DNA of 47,908 bases, taken from positions 1 through 47,908 of the IMG/VR virus record IMGVR_UViG_3300024283_000005, one strand, 5' to 3'. The notes beneath the pieces are model-generated. The model did no database searches, was not told the DNA's origin, and was given only the letters and a program-made list of their open reading frames with translations. Numbering within the stretch: position 1 is the first letter of the stretch; each line of letters starts with the position of its first letter. The translations under genes were made by a program, and so were the position numbers. The stretch is from a virus (lineage: Duplodnaviria; Caudoviricetes). Shown here in pieces: positions 8,043-15,412 of the stretch.

Positions 8043-8942
8043 TCACTCGGCGGCGCGTGACTCGCGCATCAAGCGCAGAATCACGTGCCCTATCACCTCT
8101 GCGCACTGCGGGACGACTGCGTTTCCGAGGGCTGCGATGCGCGGTCTAGCTCTGTCCAGCCTGCCGGAAACCCCATGAACCACTCGCACCATTGGGGGCT
8201 GAGGTGACCCCCAGTGGCAAACGCGCTCAGCGACGGTGACTTGCGGTTCATCTCCGAGGGCGACGCGCCTTTTTCGTCGTGCTTTGTCAGCGTGGGCAAG
8301 CGGCGATGCGCGGGCCACTTCTGCATCGACGGGCTTAGCAGTTTCCCCTTTCGAGTTAGCGTCGGCATCAGGCCGTCGCGGGCCATGCGCTGCAGTGACA
8401 TGCGGACTTTTCCCGTTCTGCCCGCTGCCCCGCCCTGGTTCGTGCCATACGAGTGTCGCGTCAGCGTTGGCAGCAACGATGAAAACTCTTGCTCGCGCGT
8501 GCGGCGCTCCGACATCAGCTGCCGCAAGCGGGATCGGTAGGCACACGTACCCTTCGAGCTCCAGCCCTTCGACCACTGCGTCAACCCACGCAGCCGCTCC
8601 GCTGGCGACATTTTCGACCACGACCCAGGGCGGTCGTAGCTCGGAGACGATACGACGGTACTCAACCCAGAGGCCGCTACGAGTACCAGTGATGCCAACT
8701 CGCTTTCCAGCGCTGCTGACGTCCTGACAGGGAAATCCGCCGCAGATGAGGTCAACAGCGGAAAGAACGGAAGCGCCAACTGTGCGGACATCTTCAAACC
8801 TCTGCGCGTTGGGCCAATGCTTGGCGAGCGCCGCGCGGCAGTATGCGTCCTGCTCCACCTGCCAAACGGTTTCACCGATGCCGGCCCGCTCGAGCCCAAG
8901 CTCAAGCCCACCGATGCCAGAGAACAAGGAACCGATTCGCAT
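8043..8942 (-). CDS. DNA cytosine-C5 methyltransferase, main (alpha) chain
   Basis: Motif I SLFSGIGG, IV GGFPCQD, VI VENV, VIII PHARARVFIVA, X LGNAVVPQ; no canonical motif IX. Confidence 0.92.
   Translation of the reverse strand: MRIGSLFSGIGGLELGLERAGIGETVWQVEQDAYCRAALAKHWPNAQRFEDVRTVGASVLSAVDLICGGFPCQDVSSAGKRVGITGTRSGLWVEYRRIVSELRPPWVVVENVASGAAAWVDAVVEGLELEGYVCLPIPLAAADVGAPHARARVFIVAANADATLVWHEPGRGSGQNGKSPHVTAAHGPRRPDADANSKGETAKPVDAEVARASPLAHADKARRKRRVALGDEPQVTVAERVCHWGSPQPPMVRVVHGVSGRLDRARPRIAALGNAVVPQCAEVIGHVILRLMRESRAAE
8093..8791 (-). CDS. Nested alternative-frame ORF, putative MTase beta subunit carrying motif IX
   Basis: 232-aa ORF wholly inside the MTase; GAGG RBS; LLPTLT/LMPTLT/LPTLT repeats and LSPQWCEWFMGFPAGWT (motif IX-like). 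Confidence 0.7.
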   Translation of the reverse strand: MSAQLALPFFPLLTSSAADFPVRTSAALESELASLVLVAASGLSTVVSSPSYDRPGSWSKMSPAERLRGLTQWSKGWSSKGTCAYRSRLRQLMSERRTREQEFSSLLPTLTRHSYGTNQGGAAGRTGKVRMSLQRMARDGLMPTLTRKGKLLSPSMQKWPAHRRLPTLTKHDEKGASPSEMNRKSPSLSAFATGGHLSPQWCEWFMGFPAGWTELDRASQPSETQSSRSAQR

Positions 8943-9007
8943 GGGGCCACGGCGACGCTCGTGGGCGAGCGCGCGCCGAGTCAAGCTCGCTCGGCAACCG
9001 ACCCCTG

Positions 9008-9286
9008 CTACCGCTCGCCGAGTTTCTTTGCGCGCCCCATGTAGCCTGCGATTCTGCCTCGCTGCACTCGCCGCGAGCGGCTGTGCTCGTCACACATTTG
9101 CAGCACCACAGACGGCTGCACGACTTCGAGGACGCTGACCATGAGCGCCGTGTAGGCGTCGGTGCACTCGCCCGACTCCGCGTCAAGCAGGCCCTTCGAC
9201 GCTTCGAGCCCCTGCTCGAGGTGACAGTATAGGCAAACCGTCACAAACCGCTCGCCATGGTACCCGCTGCCGCTCACGGCTGCCAT
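9008..9286 (-). CDS. Hypothetical protein with CxxC...CxxH
   Basis: CLYC and CDEH; directly follows the stop of 9288..9554. Confidence 0.55.
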   Translation of the reverse strand: MAAVSGSGYHGERFVTVCLYCHLEQGLEASKGLLDAESGECTDAYTALMVSVLEVVQPSVVLQMCDEHSRSRRVQRGRIAGYMGRAKKLGER

Positions 9287-9287
9287 G

Positions 9288-9554
9288 TCACCCCGCGAGC
9301 ACGGCGCGAACCGCCGCGTCCTTGCCTTCGAGCAGCTTGCGCAGCGCCACCGTGAGCTCGGGATTGTGCGGGCAGTGCAGCACGAGCCACGCCGCGAGCT
9401 CGCAGAACGGCTCAGACACCTCGCGCAGATGCGCGGGCAGATGCTCGTAATGGAAAAACTGCATCACGTGCCCGATTGGCTGCGGTAGCGACCGCTCGGG
9501 CTTGGCAGCTGTCGGCGGCGGCGCGGGCTCGGTTGCTGGCTTGTCTTCGCTCAT
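9288..9554 (-). CDS. Small conserved phage helical-hairpin protein (possibly Acb2/Tad1-hairpin related)
   Basis: FFHYEHLPAHLREVSEPFCELA...PELTVALRKLLEGKDAAVRA, a motif I recognise from many phage proteins; function inferred only. Confidence 0.75.
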   Translation of the reverse strand: MSEDKPATEPAPPPTAAKPERSLPQPIGHVMQFFHYEHLPAHLREVSEPFCELAAWLVLHCPHNPELTVALRKLLEGKDAAVRAVLAG

Positions 9555-9604
9555 GGGGCCTCGTGCGTTGGGCAACCTATCAGCCGGGCTTACAGGTTGC
9601 GTTG

Positions 9605-10018
9605 TCAGATCTGCCCGCGAATGCGGAAGTCGGGCACTACGTCGCCGTCGACGCACGCCCATAGGTGCAGCACGTTGGGCGATAGGTTGACGTACTTGTC
9701 GACCGTCGGCAGCACCTGCAGCGCCGTGAGGTCGGGCAAAAACGTCTGTTTGACGAGCTTGAGATCGTACCAGTCAGGCACCCGATCGCGACGCGACGCC
9801 GACACGTGCAGCCACCGCCGGCCGTCGGCCTCGACGCGCCCCGTGCAGATGACAAGCATGCTCAGCATGCGCCGCGCGGCTATCTGCCGGTACACCCACG
9901 GCCCAAAGTCGCGATCGGGCTCGCGCGCGAACGCCACCGGCGCGTCGGGGAAACGACCGTATACCCACGCGGGGATCTCAACCGTGAGGGGCTCGAGCCC
10001 CGCTCGCTCGCTCGTCAT
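9605..10018 (-). CDS. Conserved phage protein (DUF7694-like)
   Basis: WLHVSASRRDRVPDWYDL..VK..F...ALQVLP...YVN..PNVLHLW pattern. Confidence 0.75.
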   Translation of the reverse strand: MTSERAGLEPLTVEIPAWVYGRFPDAPVAFAREPDRDFGPWVYRQIAARRMLSMLVICTGRVEADGRRWLHVSASRRDRVPDWYDLKLVKQTFLPDLTALQVLPTVDKYVNLSPNVLHLWACVDGDVVPDFRIRGQI

Positions 10019-10051
10019 GGCGTCGACCCTCGCGCACGAGCTCGAGCGGCG

Positions 10052-10366
10052 TCAAGCATCGCGGTAGCGCAGCCCGGTCCAAAACGTGTCGCTCTCGAGG
10101 TCAGCCCAGCGCTCAGTTAGCGCCCGCGCCTGCAGCCACAGCGCGACCGCGACGCGCTGCAGCTCTGCCTCGTCGCAGCGCTCGACCTCGCCGAGCGCCC
10201 ATGCGCCGTCACCGCTCGGCTCGCCGATCGCAAGCGCCCAGTCGCCATCATCGCGCACCCGCAGCCAGACCGCGATTGACTGCGCGGGCCCGAGCCCCAG
10301 GCGCACGCCATCGAGCGCCTCGACAAACCCGCTGCTCTGCGCCTCGCCCATGTCTGCAGTCATCAT
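10052..10366 (-). CDS. Hypothetical protein
   Basis: Coupled to the upstream ORF; GGAGG RBS. Confidence 0.55.
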   Translation of the reverse strand: MMTADMGEAQSSGFVEALDGVRLGLGPAQSIAVWLRVRDDGDWALAIGEPSGDGAWALGEVERCDEAELQRVAVALWLQARALTERWADLESDTFWTGLRYRDA

Positions 10367-10656
10367 TGCCCGCCTCCGTCAGCTGCCATCCGCTCACGGC
10401 AGCGCGCGCACGTCACAGCGGCGCCGACGTCGCCGCCCCATTGGATGCTAGGCCGCGCGCCACACAGCGCCCGCCGCGTGTAGTCGTACGCGCGGGGCAC
10501 CGCATGCCAGCGCATCACGCCGCGCCTTCCTGCGCCGCTCGTGCAGCCGCCCGCCATCGCGAGCGCCTCGACTGTTGTCTGTGCAGTTGTGTCCACCGTT
10601 GCTACCTCGCAGACGCGCCTCGCCGATCGCGAGCCCGCGTGCCCCAACGCTACCAC
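10363..10656 (-). CDS. Hypothetical zinc-finger-like protein
   Basis: WHAV...ALCG...VTCARC; start uncertain. Confidence 0.5.
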   Translation of the reverse strand: MVALGHAGSRSARRVCEVATVDTTAQTTVEALAMAGGCTSGAGRRGVMRWHAVPRAYDYTRRALCGARPSIQWGGDVGAAVTCARCRERMAADGGGQ

Positions 10657-10713
10657 CGCGGGCGGCAGCAGAGCAAACGCTTTCCATACGCGAGAAAAGC
10701 GTTTCGTTTCGTG

Positions 10714-10769
10714 GTCTAAGAGTCACGCCGTCAGAACGTCACGCCGTCACGACCGCGAGACGTCTCACA
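10714..10769. promoter_or_regulatory. 8-bp-phased GTCnnGAC array 6 in a divergent intergenic region
   Basis: GTCTAAGA GTCACGCC GTCAGAAC GTCACGCC GTCACGAC CGCGAGAC GTCTCACA; inverted repeat AAACGCTTT/AAAGCGTTT at 10675-10704 is adjacent. Confidence 0.7.
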
Positions 10770-10811
10770 ACCCCTACCCCGACGCCCGCCACCTGCCGTA
10801 GTGTGGCGGCC

Positions 10812-11279
10812 ATGCCGAGCACGAAGGCCCCACCCGCCGCCCACCCGCTGCCCCCGCCGCCCGCCGCGCCCGGCGCCGAGCAGCTCTACGAGACGCTCGA
10901 GGCGCTCTCAGGCGCTCTAACCGGCGCCGTCGGGGCATTTATCTGCCTCTACACGCCCACGGCCATCGTGTGGCTCGACGGGCCGCCTAGTTGGGCCACG
11001 CTGCGCTCGCCCGACGAGGGGCTCGCAGAGGCCGCCCCCGAGGGCGCGACCGCCGACCAGATAGCGATCACCGCTGCCGCCTGTCGCTCGCTCGCCCGCC
11101 TGCACACCTCGCTCGGCGCGCACTACGGCAAGCTCACCCGCGAGCTGCTCGAGCACCACCACCCCGGGCCCGGCGACCGCGTCGAGCTCTACGACCCCGA
11201 GCCCGACGGCATCATGTCAGGCTGCGACGCGAGCTGCCCAGACTGTGCCGATCGCCGTCGGCAGACCGCCGACCACTAG
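10812..11279 (+). CDS. Hypothetical protein
   Basis: MPSTKAPP...; TAGTGT 7 nt upstream; C-terminal CxxxCxxC. Confidence 0.6.
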   Translation: MPSTKAPPAAHPLPPPPAAPGAEQLYETLEALSGALTGAVGAFICLYTPTAIVWLDGPPSWATLRSPDEGLAEAAPEGATADQIAITAAACRSLARLHTSLGAHYGKLTRELLEHHHPGPGDRVELYDPEPDGIMSGCDASCPDCADRRRQTADH

Positions 11280-11286
11280 CAGCGCG

Positions 11287-11628
11287 CTAGTCGACCTCAC
11301 CGACCCCGGGCCCGTCGGCGCACGTCACGCACCCGGGCGGCGCCTTCGGCGTCGGCGGCGCTTCGACCTCGCCCGCCCGCTCGAGCACGTCGGGCACGAC
11401 CTCGTCGATGCGCAGCGCGAGGTCACGCAGCTCGAGCTGCCGCGACCGCTCGAGCTCGAGATAGACAATCGCGACGCTAAGCGCCTGTTTCATCGGGTCA
11501 GTGTCGAGCGACAGACCCTTGCGCACGCACGCCCAGATCCGCACCTGCAGCGCGAGACTCAGCTGCCGAATGTGCGCGCTCATCTCATCCGCGCGCTCGC
11601 TCGCGAGCTTCTCAAGCGCGCTCGTCAC
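11287..11628 (-). CDS. Hypothetical protein
   Basis: 113-aa helical ORF with a C-terminal CxxC. Confidence 0.55.
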   Translation of the reverse strand: MTSALEKLASERADEMSAHIRQLSLALQVRIWACVRKGLSLDTDPMKQALSVAIVYLELERSRQLELRDLALRIDEVVPDVLERAGEVEAPPTPKAPPGCVTCADGPGVGEVD

Positions 11629-11727
11629 GTGCCGCCATCCATGCCCGCGCGTCTACCGCGACGCCCCGCCGCTCGTCCAGCCCCGGCGCCCCTTGCAACC
11701 CGAGCAGCCCGCCCACGATAGGCCGGC

Positions 11728-12408
11728 ATGCCACCACGCCGCCTATGGCTCGAGGTGCGGCTCGAGTTCGACGCGCTCGTCGACCGCGCCTACGCCGAGC
11801 ACACCGAGCAGCTCGAGCTGCGCCACCAACGCGACGCCCAGCGCAACCGCGACAACGCCGCCAAGTGGCGCGTCGAGCAGCGCCTGCGCGGTATCAAGCA
11901 GCCACCACTGACGGCAGACCAGCGCGAGCGCCGCCGCGTGCAGCGGGCCGCCATCCGGGCCGCCGACCCCGAGCTGCACCGCGCCACCCGACGCGACGAG
12001 CATGCCGCCCGCGTCGCCCGCGAGCTCGAGGCGACCGCCCGCGTGCGTGCTGCCCACGGCATGGGGCTCGAGCCGACCGCCGCTGACCTCGCACTCGCCA
12101 ACCGGCGACGCGCACGCCTCGACCGCATCAGCGCTCGCGCGCGCGCCAAGCGGATAGCCGCCAAGGCCGCCGGCCTACGAGGCACCCCACGAGCCCCGAG
12201 GACGCCCGAGCAGCTCGCCCAAGCCCGAGCCCGCTACGCCGCCGACGCCGAGCGCCTGCGAGCCGTGGCGCGGCTGCGAGAACGGGCTGCACGCCAGCGC
12301 GACCCCGACGCCTACCGCCGCCGCCTCTACGCGTGGCGCAACGCCCACCGCGAGCACGTGCGGGCCCAAAACCGCGGCTATGCGGCCAAGCGCCGCCGCA
12401 AGCGCTGA
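11728..12408 (+). CDS. Arg-rich helical protein resembling the N-terminal repeats of phage HNH proteins, with no HNH domain
   Basis: RARYAADAERLR, RDPDAYRRRLYAWRNAHREHVRAQNRGY. Confidence 0.6.
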   Translation: MPPRRLWLEVRLEFDALVDRAYAEHTEQLELRHQRDAQRNRDNAAKWRVEQRLRGIKQPPLTADQRERRRVQRAAIRAADPELHRATRRDEHAARVARELEATARVRAAHGMGLEPTAADLALANRRRARLDRISARARAKRIAAKAAGLRGTPRAPRTPEQLAQARARYAADAERLRAVARLRERAARQRDPDAYRRRLYAWRNAHREHVRAQNRGYAAKRRRKR

Positions 12409-12472
12409 CCTGCCCGGCAGCCGCCCGCATTCCGTAGCCTCTCGCTCGCCCCTCGACGCTGCGACAAATTGC

Positions 12473-12502
12473 TTGACAGCCTGTTTTGGCCATCGATACG
12501 CT
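12473..12502 (+). promoter_or_regulatory. Sigma70-type promoter
   Basis: TTGACA (12473-12478) N18 TACGCT (12497-12502); no convincing CDS downstream. Confidence 0.55.
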
Positions 12503-12721
12503 CGCGCTCGCGCGTTTTCAGGTAACGCAGCGACTAGGCTGACAGCGTCTACTTAGAACGCATCAAGAAAGAATCACTATCTGCTCTCCACAGATAGTGA
12601 GCATGAATGCGCTACAGACGCCGATAACGCGCGCGCGAGGACGTGTCAGCGAATAATCTTTGATTCCGCGTGGTTACGCGTCGAGTCAAGAGTGTGCTTT
12701 ACCGTCCCGTGATCGGGTAAA
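12501..12721 (+). other. AT-richer structured region: DNA-unwinding element and/or ncRNA
   Basis: Perfect hairpin TCACTATCTG/CAGATAGTGA (12574-12600), nested in CGCAT/ATGCG, GCGTCT/AGACGC and GCTGACA/TGTCAGC. Confidence 0.45.
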
Positions 12722-12737
12722 CCGGCCTCGCGAGGGC

Positions 12738-12850
12738 CCGCGCCGACGTACCCCTCACCCCGCTCGAGGCCGCGCCGACGTACCCAAAACGCCGAGCACC
12801 CCGCGCGCTGCCGTACCCCGACCCGCTCGAGCCCGCGCGCACGCGTACCT
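12738..12850. repeat. Iteron-like direct repeats, 32-33 bp period (putative plasmid origin)
   Basis: CGTACC cores at 12747, 12779, 12812, 12844; CCGCGCCGACGTACCC exact at 12738 and 12770. Confidence 0.6.
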
Positions 12851-13169
12851 GCACACGCGCACGACACGCACGCGCGCGCACGCGCGAGGCGCCACCAAGC
12901 AGGCATTGCACACGCCATGCCGCGACCGCCGCTGCCGCCATGCGATCCGTCGAGCAGGCGCTAGCAAGTTACTTGCTCGCGGGCGGCGGCAGATAGTTGG
13001 CGCAGCGCACCTCGCGCTCGAGCTCGGCGCGCTGCGCATCGGCGACGAGGGGCTCGAGCCACGGCGCGCGCGCGCCCGCGCAGCCGCGCGACCCTGCTAT
13101 GGTCGCGCGGGGGCTGACGCAGACATCGCGCTCTTTCCGGCCCCTGCAGTTCCGCTCACCGTCGCGAGC

Positions 13170-14123
13170 TCACGGCGGGCACGTTGTCGTCACGCAGCTC
13201 GTCGCCGCCGGGCCCGCGAGCCACTGCATGCACGACCGTCGCCGCACGTACCAGTTGCCGCACGGCAGCGCCGTCTCGCGCACGCTGCCCGCGCGGGCGA
13301 GCCGATCAGCACGTACCCCGGGCCCGCGCTGCAGCTCGAGCTGCTCGCCGCCCGCAGCCGCGAGCGCTCGCACCGCGTGCGTAAGGTTGCGTCGCGCGTC
13401 GCGCGTCGAGATGCCGAGCCCGACGAGCTCGCCGACAGTCTCAGGCCGGCAGCCCGCAGCCGCGAGCATGTCGAGCCACCCCGCGAGCGGGTTCAAACGC
13501 AGCGCCCAGCGTCGCGGCGCGTCGAGCGTCGCCGTGCCCGTCGCGAGCTCGCGGGCGAGCGCTGGCAAATTGTAGAGCTCGAATGGTGCACGCGCGTCGC
13601 CCGTCGACCGCACAAACCCGCCGACGTGCTCGTGCTCGGCGAGCTCACCGAGCAGCCGGCGCAGCTGCCGCCGCTCGCGGCTCGCGAGCCCGACCCGCTC
13701 GAGCCGCCGCCGCAGGTCACACAGCCGCAGCGGCACGACCCCGTCGCCCGAGTGCCCGCTCGCCAGCGCCACCGCTGCGCCGAGCACGTCGAGGTGCGAC
13801 TGCCCGAGTTCGCCTGCCCCGACCCGCTGCCGATAGCTGAACATGCCGTCAGTGACCCAGGCGCGAGGCACCGTGAGCGACCTCGCGGCGGCGACGGGCA
13901 CGGGTAGGGGCTCGACGCGGTCAACGAAGCTATTGATTCGGGCTATAGCGGGCGGTATACGTGGGGGCACGTGGCCTTCGACTGGTGATTGCAGTTGCTG
14001 GCTTCCGGGCTCGCCCTGACAGATTGGCGTCTGTCGCGAGTCCAAGGGTCCCAAGCCGCTGATACGGCGCGGGACTGGTCTATGTGGCGTAGGTGGGTTA
14101 GCTCGTGGCTCCTGCGCTACCAC
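13170..14123 (-). CDS. Putative plasmid-type replication initiator (TrfA/RepA winged-helix-like)
   Basis: GELGQSHLDVLGAAVALA...VVPLRLCDLRRRL...RERRQLRRLLGEL resembles the TrfA/RepA_C LxQxDLDV...el...lg...l...L pattern; adjacent to iterons; start uncertain. Confidence 0.45.
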   Translation of the reverse strand: MVAQEPRANPPTPHRPVPRRISGLGPLDSRQTPICQGEPGSQQLQSPVEGHVPPRIPPAIARINSFVDRVEPLPVPVAAARSLTVPRAWVTDGMFSYRQRVGAGELGQSHLDVLGAAVALASGHSGDGVVPLRLCDLRRRLERVGLASRERRQLRRLLGELAEHEHVGGFVRSTGDARAPFELYNLPALARELATGTATLDAPRRWALRLNPLAGWLDMLAAAGCRPETVGELVGLGISTRDARRNLTHAVRALAAAGGEQLELQRGPGVRADRLARAGSVRETALPCGNWYVRRRSCMQWLAGPAATSCVTTTCPP

Positions 14124-14179
14124 GCTCTCGCGCCAGGCGTCCAGCCATTTGCGGCACGAGAGCGCCGCTCGTCCACACT

Positions 14180-14851
14180 TTATCCCCGGGCCCGCGCCGA
14201 GCGTCTGACTGTTAGCCGATCGGCGACAGCGTCGACCGCGAGCCGACGCGCTCGCTCCATGCGCGTGTGCCGAGTGAATGACAGCGCCCAGCTCGGCGGG
14301 TTACACGCCCATGCGCTCGAGGTGCCGCCATACCGACGATCCCACTGCTCGGCAAACGCCTCGCGGTGCAGCTGGCAACCGTTGCCCAAGCAGATCGTGC
14401 TCGCCGTGTCATGTGCTGGACAGCTGACACCCTGCGATCGCAAGTCGAGATCGCCTGCGTCATGCAAGCGCACGAGCCGCAGCCTGTAGAGCAAGAGCCA
14501 CAGCCGGGCATGTTGCTCGGGCATCGACCGCGCCGAGCACCACTGCTGACCCGCGGGCAGCGTGCCGCCGTCTCGCCGATAGCGCGTGCGCCCGTCGCTC
14601 GCCGTTGCCCATTGCTCACGAACGTAAAGCCAATCGCCGACTCGCCCAAACGGACAGCGCCCCCGCTTGAGTACGTCGCTATCGTTGGCTCGCACAACCA
14701 CCAACGCGGGGCCCGGCGACACCTCGCCGCACTGCACTTGCTCGAGCTCGTGCCCGTCGGGCACACGCACCGGCAGCCACAGCTGCGAGCGCTGACCCGC
14801 TGCGAGCTGCCGCAATACGCCGCGCGAAACCGTGATTCCTAAGTCAGCCAT
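14180..14851 (-). CDS. ASCH/PUA-like phage protein
   Basis: CPFGRVGDWLYVREQW, W.SARSMP..ARLWL, RLHD, FAEQWD..YG...W..NP..W.LSF. Confidence 0.8.
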   Translation of the reverse strand: MADLGITVSRGVLRQLAAGQRSQLWLPVRVPDGHELEQVQCGEVSPGPALVVVRANDSDVLKRGRCPFGRVGDWLYVREQWATASDGRTRYRRDGGTLPAGQQWCSARSMPEQHARLWLLLYRLRLVRLHDAGDLDLRSQGVSCPAHDTASTICLGNGCQLHREAFAEQWDRRYGGTSSAWACNPPSWALSFTRHTRMERARRLAVDAVADRLTVRRSARARG

Positions 14852-15025
14852 GTAGACCCTTACAGCCCACTAGCATACCTTAGCGACCTTACGGTCTTGG
14901 CATGCGGCTACATCCGCATTCTGCCCCGTAGGAGTCTTTTCGCACCTACACTCAACCACTCACTTTAGGGCTAGGCCACCGACACCACGAGACGCGCGTC
15001 GCACAGTGTGGCACTACGGTGCACC

Positions 15026-15412
15026 ATGCGAGGGGCAGCCATCGAAGCGCAGCGGCACTACTATATTGTGTGGTCCGACTTCCATGAGGCCACAACGCCC
15101 ACCCCGCGCGACGTCGACCCGACGCGGCTAGTGGCCATACTCGCACGCACCACACGTGCCAAAACCCTGCCCGAGCTCGCAGGGCACCTCGGCATGCTCG
15201 AGCCGTGTGAGAATTTCAGTTATGACGACGCGGGGCAACGTGTCCTCTGCAACGTCGACCGCTATCACACAGCGGCGCTCTCACTAGGTCTCGCCCGCGC
15301 CATCGTCGAGCGGTTCACGCTCGCCTGCTCATACTCGCGTATGATGCACGCGCTGCTCGCCCGCTACCATCCCGAGATGGCCAACGCATACCGGCCTAGC
15401 GCCGCGTCCTAG
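15026..15412 (+). CDS. Hypothetical protein
   Basis: Protein-like ORF; TACGGT 5 nt upstream of the ATG. Confidence 0.55.
   Translation: MRGAAIEAQRHYYIVWSDFHEATTPTPRDVDPTRLVAILARTTRAKTLPELAGHLGMLEPCENFSYDDAGQRVLCNVDRYHTAALSLGLARAIVERFTLACSYSRMMHALLARYHPEMANAYRPSAAS

Noticed and set aside
2440-10769. Octamer arrays or iterons as CRISPR arrays
   Set aside because: Units are short, degenerate and mostly abutting, without unique 30-40 bp spacers between conserved repeats; no cas genes.
12501-12721. Retron msr-msd or N15-like telomere resolution site
   Set aside because: No RT or protelomerase is recognisable and there is no long perfect palindrome.
13170-13172. Selenocysteine recoding at the rep-like TGA
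   Set aside because: No SECIS-like hairpin directly after the UGA; the strong hairpin is about 60 nt away and the context is not redox-like.
12660-13907. Long Arg/Ala-rich ORFs such as 12660..13907, the 5' part of 18342..19841 and many antisense ORFs
   Set aside because: Shadow frames expected in high-GC DNA; they overlap better-supported genes and lack motifs.
14852-15014. CCTTA repeats in the divergent intergenic region
   Set aside because: Only three 5-mers with irregular spacing; too weak to call an operator.
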